Under the pieces are notes generated by a model. The model did no database searches and was not told the origin of the DNA. It saw only the letters and a list, made by a program, of their open reading frames with translations. The translations under genes and the position numbers were made by a program. A stretch of 62,574 bases of DNA, counting the filler, from Rhabdomonas costata (taxonomy: Eukaryota): NCBI GenBank assembly GCA_019059605.1. It is 36 parts of 36 records of this genome, joined end to end, with 100 filler letters (N's around TTAATTAATTAA, not from the genome) between each part and the next. Parts side by side here need not be neighbours in the genome. Positions count along the whole stretch, not along the records: positions 12,187 to 13,826 come from JAHMHO010011457.1; positions 13,927 to 15,567 come from JAHMHO010011458.1; positions 15,668 to 17,308 come from JAHMHO010011459.1; positions 17,409 to 19,049 come from JAHMHO010011460.1; positions 19,150 to 20,804 come from JAHMHO010011461.1; positions 20,905 to 22,545 come from JAHMHO010011462.1; positions 22,646 to 24,286 come from JAHMHO010011463.1; 29 more parts are not named here. One strand, 5' to 3'. Shown here piece by piece: positions 12,989 through 23,410 of the stretch (the stretch's first letter is position 1; the number at the start of each line of letters is the position of its first letter).

Positions 12989-13761
12989 ATGGCGGCTACC
13001 CCGCAGCAGTGCACAGTATGGATCAACCCCGCGTGCTCAAAGTGTCAGCGTGCGATGGCCTATCTTAAGGACAAGGCTGTGCAGCCCACCGTGGTGAAGT
13101 ACCTAGAGAGCCCTCCGACGGAGAAGGAGCTCCGTGAGGTTCTCACAAAGTTGGTGTGAATGTGCGTGTGTGTTTTGTCGTCCGCTTTTTTTTTTCGGAG
13201 ATCGCAACACACATGGAATGCGCGAATATGGGAAGAGGGGGTGCATACAATTACTTATCTCACGTAACAATTGTTTCTATGGTGCCGTGGAAACACAGAA
13301 CTTCAGACGTGCCTCGAAATTTGAAGACTTCCGCACTCACCAGTTTTTTGAGCTGATTCAGTCTCTTAATTTTCGAGCGCTAGTCTCTTGCGGGGCTGCC
13401 TTCCCTGAGAGAGGGAGGCTAAGGTCTTCTAAGTGTCTGTCTTTGCCGTCTTCCAATATCGGGAAGAAAAGCAGAGATCTTTGTCGTGTTGCTTTTGGCT
13501 GTTATGAGCGTGAAGAGCGTGCACCACCAATTTCTAGGCTGACATTTGTTCCTCTCAAAGGGGGTTCCTGCTCGGGAGCTGCTCCGCACCACGGAGAAGG
13601 AGTACGCCGAGCTCGGCCTGGCGGACCCGGCGCGGACGGAGGAGGAGCTGGTGCAGGCCATGGTGGCTCACCCGGTGCTCATCCAAAGGCCCGTGATCAT
13701 CTCCGGGGGCAAAGCTGTGATCGGCCGCTCAGATGACGCTCTGAAGGCCATCGTTCCGTGA
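12989..13761 (+). CDS. arsC: ArsC/Spx-family (glutaredoxin-type arsenate reductase-like) protein, complete, 2 exons, 121 aa
   Basis: Exon 12989-13153 (MAATPQQCTVWINPACSKCQRA...VVKYLESPPTEKELREVLTKL), GT-AG intron 13154-13560 with a CTGAC branch-like motif, exon 13561-13761 (GVPARELLRT...HPVLIQRPVII...VIGRS). NPxCSK, YL..PP, LLR, HPxLIQRP and IGR are ArsC-family motifs. Confidence 0.88.
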
Positions 13762-15808
13762 GGTTCCGTTGGGCTAGGGTACGGTCCAGCGCTCACGGCA
13801 CAATGGCTGGACCGTACCCCAACACANNNNNNNNNNNNNNNNNNNNNNNNNNNNNNNNNNNNNNNNNNNNTTAATTAATTAANNNNNNNNNNNNNNNNNN
13901 NNNNNNNNNNNNNNNNNNNNNNNNNNGTTTGGGGGGGGTTGGATGAAGTGGAGGGGCCCATGCGGAGCGCGGCGACCTGGTTCCGGAGCTCCACAATGCT
14001 CTGGAAAAGCTCTTGGGCCCATTCCTGAGATGCGGAGCCGGCTGCCGAGACCACCCGGGTCTTTTGAGCCTGGGCAGAGGCTTCAGCCATAGGTGCAGTG
14101 TAGTGTTGGAAGGCGGAGTGTGGTGCACCACAAAGCACGAGAATGAAAGTGGGACTGTGCGCCGAGATGGAAGAGGGGCGTGGGACATGGGCAACCGCTA
14201 AAAGTGGTGTGCCCCTGCTTGCGCGGCCGTCCTTTTATGACCATTGCGCCAAACCAACATTGCGGTGATCCAAACAACGCGTTCGAAGCACTATGCATTG
14301 AGCCGGGCGTTGCATCCAGGACCGTGCGCATTTCTGCCGCTCCCGCCGCCAACCACACCACGGAAGAAGCTTTCCGCTTTGCGTTTCATCAAGCATTGCT
14401 CCGCTTTTCCAGAAAGCGTGTGTTTACACAAAGGTTTTTTCGACGTTTTCCGCCAAAGGGGCGAACGAAGCCCACACAGCTTTCCACCATTCCCCTGCTT
14501 TTTTGTCTCGTGCGAGGCTTCACGCACCATGGCCCTTCCGTTGGCATTTCTGCGTTGCAACGTTCTTCTGTCGGTTTGTCCCCATTTTTTCACTCTTCCC
14601 CTCCAATTCTCTTTCCACGGATTGGGACGAACGGAAGGGCATCCGCCTGTTGCGGCTGTACCAGGATGGAAATGGCGCCCGCAACGTTTTTTTGCCGCAA
14701 ACCTCTTTTTCAAAACAATCATGCCGTAAGTGCTGGGTTAGTACTGGATGCTCCATCTTCCAGTCCGCTGGACTGGAAGGCCGAAATTTTTGAGGTCGGC
14801 GGTTGAAAATGGCACGCTCACCAAGAATAGTGCGCTCAGAAAGCAGCCCCACTGATCTTCAGGCACTATACACGGCCCCGACAGTTTTTCTTGCCACAAA
14901 TATCCGAAATATAAGCACAAAGTCAGTTAAATCTGTGACAGATATGGTATGTGCCATGGGTTCCTGATCACATCCAATGCATGCCATGATCGTATGGAAG
15001 GTACTGTTTGACAATACAACCAGTTCTCATGTCTCGTTCAAGGTGCGCGGCGTTGGGATCAATATGAAAATACGGCTAAGTACCCGCTCCAAATGCCCAA
15101 CAGCTTATCCGAAAACAAATAAAGCGCCTCTAGCGCTATTAAGTCATTCCGTACTTGCAGCCCATGACAGTGTGTTGGACATTACGGCGTCACTATCTTC
15201 ACAAGCAATTCCCATTCCGCGCAAGAAGAACCCAGTATCGTCACCACCCCAACGGCCCGCTCGCAAAGCAGAGCCTCCATGCGAAGAAATCTCTGGCTGA
15301 AGACTTCAAAGTGGTAATAAATGGCAGGTCAAACATCCTGTATTGCCACCAAGTACGGGCCTGTTTTATTACCCCAAGCCTGGATGCGCGTTCGTGCACG
15401 ACATGGTCAATAGTGATCGGCAAGTACCACAAAGTAGCTGGGGCTAACAAATCACTACTAAGTGGAACGCTGTCTCCTAAGACTCGCTTATCTCTCGCAT
15501 TTAGTCTTGCACAAAACCACGCTCCTCAACCTCAAAGTCCAGTCAATACGCACTTCAAACAACACAANNNNNNNNNNNNNNNNNNNNNNNNNNNNNNNNN
15601 NNNNNNNNNNNTTAATTAATTAANNNNNNNNNNNNNNNNNNNNNNNNNNNNNNNNNNNNNNNNNNNNCTGGTTTGGGAGGAATATTTTCAGGGTTGCTGC
15701 GAGAAGGCAGTTGCCAACTCACAAAAGAAAGATAACAAAAGATAACAAAAAGCACAACGTCAACAGGTCACGACCCCCCGAAAAAACTTTATACACTCAA
15801 TAACAGTA

Positions 15809-16071
15809 CCGAGGCTTCCCGCCGACGTGGTGAAGTTGGCTGCCGCGCTCGCGGTGCTGGCGCGGTAGTACGGGCGGTCCACCAAAGTCAGCACAAACGC
15901 GCTCAGCGGGGTTGTTGTTGCGTTGGAGGCCGCGGCGGCGATGCTTCCATTCCCCACGCTGGAGGAGTTGGCACTGGCACTGGTGAGGTTTACACCCATG
16001 AGAAGGGCGAGGGGGATGAACAAGGTCTCGTTCGCCGTTCCATTGCGGAGCACCGCTTTCAAAGCAGCGCT
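15809..16071 (-). CDS. Exon of an Ala/Ser/Thr/Asn-rich protein (possible surface glycoprotein)
   Basis: GC3-rich segment between an AG and a GTACTG donor with several N-X-S/T sequons (NGT, NET, NLT, NSS, NGS, NAT, NFT). Boundaries approximate. Confidence 0.4.
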
Positions 16072-17408
16072 CCCTATGCGCGTAGTAATGCAGTATAGCA
16101 CGGAGAGACACATCGACAGCCTTACTATTGGAAACGCGACAACCCTTGGGCGAGCTGGTGAACAGTCCCCCAGCTCCCCACCTCCCCTCCAGTTCAGTCT
16201 GGTAGCTGGTAGCTGCCATGCAATACTTTCCGTATTTTCCGTTGCGATGAAATCTATCATTCCTGCTCGTCTTCCGACATGTTGCCACTGGGAGCAGAAG
16301 CATCGTGACATTTTCACTTATGACACCCACGTTCGTTTGCATAGGCATCAATGTCCAGAAACATCACATGCAGCCAGAATGAGTCAGCCACCTGCGGCCG
16401 ACAGTCTGCCTTCTCCCCGGGAGTTTCTCTCGCATCTCACAATGTCCAACGTGATACCTGCGTTTCCAACAAGCTCTGGAGAATGCTGAGGGGGTTGATA
16501 TGATCAATGAAGAATGCAGATGACCCGGAGAAGGCAGATGACTATCCTGAATTCGGGGAAGATGACTATCCTGAATTGGGAGGCACGACTGCAAGGGGAA
16601 AAGGGAGGGAAATGAGACACAAGAAAGAGAAACAGATAGAATGTGGTACGTTTTAACCTCCAATGCTATCCCAGTAAAACAGAGGCTTCGAGGTTGCAGA
16701 GAAGCCAGCAAACACAGACGATGAGCTTCCGTCCAGAACAACTCCATCGCACCCTGAGCAGAGAGCGGGCAGGGATGGATTTTATTTTGCTTTTCAGGGT
16801 CAATTTCATCACTGAATTCCAACTCCATGCAGCCTTTGCCACCACCAGTGCGATTCCCAACTTTTACGGAATTTCCAAGCACTTTTTGGTCAAACGTTCA
16901 CGCAAAAATTACACAGCGTTTGTCCACTGTTCACCAGAAAGGTAAAACAATGGGGAGAGGCGATGGGCACCCAATGGCAGCAAAAATGGCGCACAAAGGG
17001 GGCGCTTCAGCATTTAGCCGGATATGGTTTTTGGCGTGCCACTGTTGTGGGTGTTTCGTGCGGTTTCACAAGGAGCCGGTGCATGTGTCAAGTGTCAGGT
17101 TACATAAACTGAAAATGAACATTACTCCGCCGAGCATGACTCACGGCAACGGTTGGATTTGCATACTTTTTCAGACAATAGAACATGGTTGAATGTGCTC
17201 GAATAGCTAAATACACAATAACCAAGTAAAATTGTTCCCGTGCCAAAGATATGGTGCAAAAGCAGCTAAAGAAAATACGAAAAAAAAAACCAACCAAACA
17301 CACCCACCNNNNNNNNNNNNNNNNNNNNNNNNNNNNNNNNNNNNNNNNNNNNTTAATTAATTAANNNNNNNNNNNNNNNNNNNNNNNNNNNNNNNNNNNN
17401 NNNNNNNN

Positions 17409-18530
17409 TTGTGGGTTCGGAGTCAGAAGGTTGGTATTGTGTGTTCGGAGTCGGAAGTGTGGGTGACTTGGGGTTGAAGTGTCACGTGGGAGGTTGGAGT
17501 GTGGAGGTGGAGGGTTGTGTCAGGATAAGGATTTGGATTTTGGATTTGCGTCTAAGGGGGTCAAATGGTAAGATTGTCAGAGGTTCAGAGGTTCAGATGT
17601 TGGGGTCATATGGTGCGTAGTGTTGGTGGTGTGTATGGTGGTCATGGCGGTGGGTGGATCTTGCGTTTCGAGGGACATGTCATGGTTCGGTTTCATGGTT
17701 TTTGTGAGTGTGGGAGGGTAGATGCGTGAGTTTGGAGGGGGAGTGAGTCTGTTCTGTGAGGTGTGGTGATGGGAGGTGTGGATGTGACTGTAGGTTCAAA
17801 GGGTGTGGAAAGTGTGGATTGTTTGCGTTTGGATGGTGTTGTGAGTCATATGGTCAGCGTAATGGTCACGGTGGTTTTTCGCGATTTAGTATTCATGGTC
17901 GTGATGGTGCTGGTGGGTGAGAGTGTGAGGGTGACGTGGAGATTGAGTTTAGTGTGCAGGGTCAGTTTCGTGGGAAGTTTCAGTTTTGTGTGAAAGTCTC
18001 AGAGGTGTGAAAGGTGACGTGGATGACAAGATGTGTGCTTAGAGGTTGTTTGCGTGATGATGGAGTGAGAGTGTGACGTGACGGAGAGAGTGAAGGTGGG
18101 TGTGACGGAGGGGTTGTGGGATTGGCACGTGAGTCGGAGGCAGTCATGGTCTGTCGTGAGGTTGGATGTGAGTGTCATGGTAATGGTGATGGTCTGCGTG
18201 AAATTAGTGCGTTTCGTTTCTCGGTTTCTGTGCGTATGGTGCTGAGGGGGAGGGTGGTGCGAAGGGTGGTTGGTGCGAAGGTCACTGTGATGGTCACGGT
18301 GTTAGGATGTGGGTGAAGGTCACGATTGAGTTTTGGTTCGAGGGTCAAGGTTGCGTGTCTGATGGTCAGGATCAAGGTTGCGTGTGACGCGAAAGGTAGA
18401 TGCTGAGTGTAAAGTGGGTGCGTGGATGCGTGGATGGATGGTCAGGGTCAACGTGATGGTTGTGGTCTTGAGATGGTGGTTCGAGTGTCAATGGATTGAA
18501 TGTCTGTTTAGCGTGGGTTTGTGATGTCCC
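17409..18530 (+). repeat. Strongly G/T-skewed degenerate short-period satellite
   Basis: The plus strand is G+T dominated with recurrent GGTCA(T/G), GTGAGG and GATGGT hexamer-like words. No credible ORF. Confidence 0.6.
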
Positions 18531-19330
18531 TCGAGGTGTTCAAGATGAGATCACTGACTCCTACCCGAAGCAGATGGAACAAAGTACGCCGTGAGCAATG
18601 ACAGACGAAGGTGAAGAAAGACCGAGCATGTCAGGAAGTCCAGACCGCCCCCACATGATGATCGACATGAAGGCCAGGATGAGAAGTCCACTGTATCCGC
18701 TTCGACGGCAACGCTTGATGAACGCTTGATGAATCAACATACATACGAACAGCGATAAGCATGGAGATGCGACTAAGTTGGACGGGCCCATGGTGTAAGT
18801 TAAACCGCTTTGTGTGAGTTATGTGTTTAATTCGGACGAGCCCATGGAAACAGTAACAGACGATAGAGCCAGTGGTTCGATGGCTCTAAACTATTACTGG
18901 TTGACACACACAAGCGGATTACCACGATGGGTATATGCCACGTTGGGAAACCTGTGATGTCAGGAGTCGCCTAGTCCGCGTGATGGATGTGACCGGTAAA
19001 CCCCTCCGGAGGAAGCTAAAATGTCAGGCCAAGGCTCAAACCACAAAAANNNNNNNNNNNNNNNNNNNNNNNNNNNNNNNNNNNNNNNNNNNNTTAATTA
19101 ATTAANNNNNNNNNNNNNNNNNNNNNNNNNNNNNNNNNNNNNNNNNNNNTCCTGATCGGGGTCAACCTTCAGAGCTCCACCCCAAGCTATGGGGTCGCAG
19201 GTACATATGGGAACCAAGGATTTGATAACGGCACTGCCGACACACTTCGCAGCGCCACAGTTGAGACGTGTGGGAATTGGAATGTGAACGTAGGAACCCA
19301 ATTCTGGTCTTCGAGCCGAGTCTGGCAATG

Positions 19331-19386
19331 ATTGGTATTAGATTGATTGGTATTTGATTGATTGGTATTTGATTGGTTGGTATTTG
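19331..19386 (+). repeat. 15-bp tandem repeat (ATTGGTATTTGATTG), about 3.7 copies
   Basis: Read directly from the sequence. Confidence 0.9.
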
Positions 19387-19658
19387 CCTCCAATCCATGA
19401 TCGAGATCGGCGTGTGAATGACAGTGCAGTGACAATACCACAGCAAACTATAATCCCTGTCACCCTCCATCTGCCCGTACGGCAGTGGGTGAACATTTCG
19501 AGTTGGCTAGCTCGAGTTGGCTGCGTTCCAACCGGCCCATGGATATCTGGGATGTCTGGTAGCGTTTGTTATAGGTTCATCTGCTTTCCAACGTTTTTTG
19601 TAATGGATTGCCAGACTCGACGATCGAGTCCCCCCCCCTGCCATCGCTGCGTGCTCAG

Positions 19659-20190
19659 TGGCCCGTGTTTGGCCCGTGGGCAGCAGTGGGGTTTCTGGGA
19701 GCATGACCTTGGTCTCCAAGGGGCTGCTCGGCACCCCCAGCCTGTCCGCGATGGCGGTGGACCCACCCTCCAACGTCGGCTACCTCGCCACCAACTTGCC
19801 CTCCGACACCGCTAGCACGGTGTTCAAGTTCTACGTCACCCCTCAGCTCTCCGTGTTCGGGAAGGTCTCCTTTCTTTTGCGCGCGCTTGCCAACTCTCAT
19901 TCTCGTGCCCAAATAATGCACCTGTGCTCATACGGAGTATTTGTTCTGTTAGCTACCGAACCTCGACGTCCAAAGGATCCTCTATTTGTAAAACAAGAAA
20001 GACGGTTCCGGATCCAGAATTTCTCCCTGCACGATGGATCTCGTCTTGCTCGCTTGTGCAGTCCCTATAAGGACCATTGTAAGGTTGGGTGAGGAAGGCA
20101 CACTTTGGATATCTGTAATGTCGCAGGTTGACCTGCGCGCCTACGCGACCTCTGCGCTGATCCAGGATTTCTTCATGGACGTCGCCGGCT
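19659..20190 (+). CDS. Two exons of an unidentified, possibly beta-propeller-like protein
   Basis: Exon ...LGTPSLSAMAVDPPSNVGYLATNLPSDTASTVFKFYVTPQLSVFGK|GTCTCC and exon CAG|VDLRAYATSALIQDFFMDVA join in phase 0. The downstream donor is uncertain. Confidence 0.4.
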
Positions 20191-20956
20191 GCACCTTATG
20201 GTTTGTTGGGGGTTGGGGGCGTTCTTTGGTTCAACGAGACGCCTTTTTTCTTCTCCAGTGCCATGAAGCGCAGCCTCTGATTCTTATATGAGGCACACAT
20301 GCATCCGAACTTTCGAGCAAAGGTTTGGGTTCGCTCCCGTGCCCTGGGACCACTTGAGATCGAAATCGAACGAATCAGCCAGCAATATGTGCACTTATAT
20401 CACCCCATCACCTCAAGCGAGGGCCAAAAAAAAGAGGCATTTTAACTCTGCGGGAGAAGGAAGCCAAAAGCCGAAAATGACGAGAGCACCCCTGATGATA
20501 AGCGTTCTCTGCTCTTCTCCTTGACCACGCTACTCTTTCATTTTGGCATCGTCAGCTGGGCGGTAGATTTCGCTCCATCGGGCAGTCCTGAGTCGATGGA
20601 AGCAGTGGACTCGGCAGCGGCAGTGTCGGTGCACCGCTTCAGCTCAGTGGCGACCAGGGGCAAACGAAACAGTTTGAGGAATGGCCATGCGGCGCATCAA
20701 TCCACCGTGCCTGAGTGGTGGCTGCATAACCATCATTGAGCCGAAGCAGACCCGACGTCCAATCAGGGCGGTCAGGCCAGACGCGAGCCAGAGACCCACG
20801 GGGCNNNNNNNNNNNNNNNNNNNNNNNNNNNNNNNNNNNNNNNNNNNNTTAATTAATTAANNNNNNNNNNNNNNNNNNNNNNNNNNNNNNNNNNNNNNNN
20901 NNNNGGGTGGGGTTTGTGATGCATGCTTGGCGATGCTTTGATCCAGGATTTTCAGG

Positions 20957-22370
20957 AACGTCATGCTCTGTGTGGTTAGGGCTTCACCCCCCAAGGACAA
21001 GGATGGCTTCGCCATCCCCGCGACCCTCCCGTCTTCAGAAGTGCATCGAAACGCCGTGCCGCAGCCCTCTCCACTTCCCGACCCGCCGCCGCCGTCGCCG
21101 CCGCCCGTGGAGGGCAACCACACAGCAGCAAGCTCATCACAGGTGTTTTTGTGCGCTGCTCCGGGGGGTGGTGCACCCCTTATGGTATGCCGGTGTTGTA
21201 TCGGACCAGGGATCCCCTCTGACGGATTACGAGTTTTAGGAATGTGTGCTTTATTCTTTTTTGAAATTTTTGAAGCCCTGAAAATATGAAAATTATGGGA
21301 TATTATGGGTCAGACAGAAATATAGGTGCGTAAAAAAACACAAAAGACATCGTTAGACGAACGCAAAATGCAGGGGTCCTGGAATGCGAACGAAAATCGA
21401 AAGGGAAAACGATAAAGAAAAAGTTTCAGCCAGCAGTAGAAATCCGTCTCCGCATCCAATCAAGTGGGTGTGATATCAGGCGTGTACATGGTTAGGTAGT
21501 CCTTGTTTGCCAAATGAAATTGGTTTTTTTGCTTACCCACACTCTGTGTGAGCCCAAGTGGTGGTCGCGGGCTCTTTCGCGGAGTGTGGGAGTGCCTGGT
21601 TTCCTTTCCCTCCTGCTCTTCTTTTGTCTGCTGTTTTTTATCAATCAATCATGGATGCGGGGCGTAAAGGAGCTGATATTGATACTGATTTTGAGAAGAT
21701 GAGGTGAGGGAATAATGTCAAACCTTGGTACAAGGTGAGTGCTGCACTTTTGCTGTGAGCCTTGGGTTTCCACCACAATGCTTGTTTCGCTGCCACACCC
21801 ACAGGCGCACATACCATACCTTACTCTCTCTCTCTCTCTCCAAACTTCACCCCCTTTTCACAGCCGCTGGCTAGTGATATACAGTGCTGCAGGGATCCTC
21901 ACGTATAGGAGTGACATTTTTATGTCACGAGAGGAGGTCGACTACTCGCTCTAGTCCATTCGCGGCTTCGCCATCGAAGAACTTCAGTAAGGCGTTTCCA
22001 AGGAAAGTGGGGGGATGACCCCTGGATCTCTGTTGTCTACAATGCTATTAAGTGCTACAAAGCCCATCATGCGAGCCCTCAGGAACTGCGGGTGTCTGGG
22101 AGGGACATCTGTCGTGCTTCCCATTTTTCGCGCCTCGATCCAACTTTCATCGCCTTCTCGACCCAACCCGTAAGCGATCGAGGGTAGTGCTTTCTTCACG
22201 TACAATTGCAGACCTTTTTGGAGCAGCATGAGGTGCCCGCTGCTGAGGACGATGTGGCTGGTACCGAGCCTTCGGATTCCACCGCTGTCCGCACAGCCCA
22301 GCTTCCCCAGTCCGCCGTGACACGTAGGGAGCGGTTGCTGCTGAACCGAGTGCGCAACTTGGAGCACCAG
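20957..22370 (+). CDS. Two exons of an unidentified Pro-rich/coiled-coil protein
   Basis: Exon ending ...HTAASSSQ|GTGTTT (about 21141) and exon TGCAG|TFLEQHEV...RERLLLNRVRNLEHQ|GTCTGC (22212-22370). Confidence 0.4.
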
Positions 22371-22979
22371 GTCTGCGCTGCATCGTGCTCCCACTGAGAA
22401 TGACAGAGGAGGAGGGAAACGGAAGGAGGAAGAGCAAAACTCGGAGAGAATTTCTTTTGTTTTTAAACGCTATGTCGATTTTAATGGCCGCACTCCCGGC
22501 CCTAAATACTGTGAGCTGGGTGAATCAGCACGCAAAAAAAACCACNNNNNNNNNNNNNNNNNNNNNNNNNNNNNNNNNNNNNNNNNNNNTTAATTAATTA
22601 ANNNNNNNNNNNNNNNNNNNNNNNNNNNNNNNNNNNNNNNNNNNNGGGGTGTGTTTCGGGTGGACGGCGTGCTCCTTAAACGCCAAACCTCAGCCGACAC
22701 ACTGACTGCCCAGATTTAGTGCCGCTCAGCCCTAAACCCAGTGCTTGAACTGCTCCGACGAAAGTCTCAGTTTACCGTGGAGCCTACTATAGAAATTTTA
22801 ATAAAAATAAAGTGAATTCTTATTTTGCTCGTAGTGTCGAAGAGGTTAGGTCGGGTGGTTCTCGTGTTTGGATAGGAGAACGCATTACACTGCGTTCGCC
22901 GAGTAATGCGTCAGCAATTTCGGCTCTTCCCCTACATGCTTCCGCTGACCAAAAAGCTGAAAAGCAGAGATAAGGCCAA

Positions 22980-23410
22980 GTGGCTGCGCTTCTGTTGATG
23001 GCTGCTGGGCAAGTGGGAAGTCCCCGCTTCCGGCCCAAAATGGACTGTCAACAAGAACGGGTGTGGCTTGAGAGTCCTCAGCATTGCCTTGGAACAGTAA
23101 GAGCGCTCAAAGTTCCTTACAGTATGGCGTGGCTTGACCACTTCCTGTTGGTCTTCAGTACCGGGGGAATGGGGGAAGGACCGTCGCGGTATCGCGGTAC
23201 AGGGGTATGTTAGAATTTCTTGACTCAGAGCTCCAGCGCTTGCATGTCCCGTTACCGCGGGTCTGGATGAGCACCCACTTTACCCGTGGTTTACTGGTCT
23301 ATCTTCAGAGGTCGTTCCCTGGGAAAGTGATTCCAAAGGGAGCTTCCGTCTCTTGGCCACCCCGGTCACCGGACCTCTCCTCTCTTGACTTCCTTTCTCT
23401 TATGGGTGAA
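22980..23410 (+). pseudogene. Degenerate Tc1/mariner-superfamily transposase remnant
   Basis: YLQRSFPGKVI...VSWPPRSPDLSSLDF matches the WPPRSPDLxPLDF catalytic-end motif. An upstream QQERVW segment lies in another frame, so it is frameshifted. Confidence 0.75.

Noticed and set aside
16537-16580. 24-bp tandem duplication GATGACTATCCTGAATT
   Set aside because: Ordinary short slippage repeat in probable intron.
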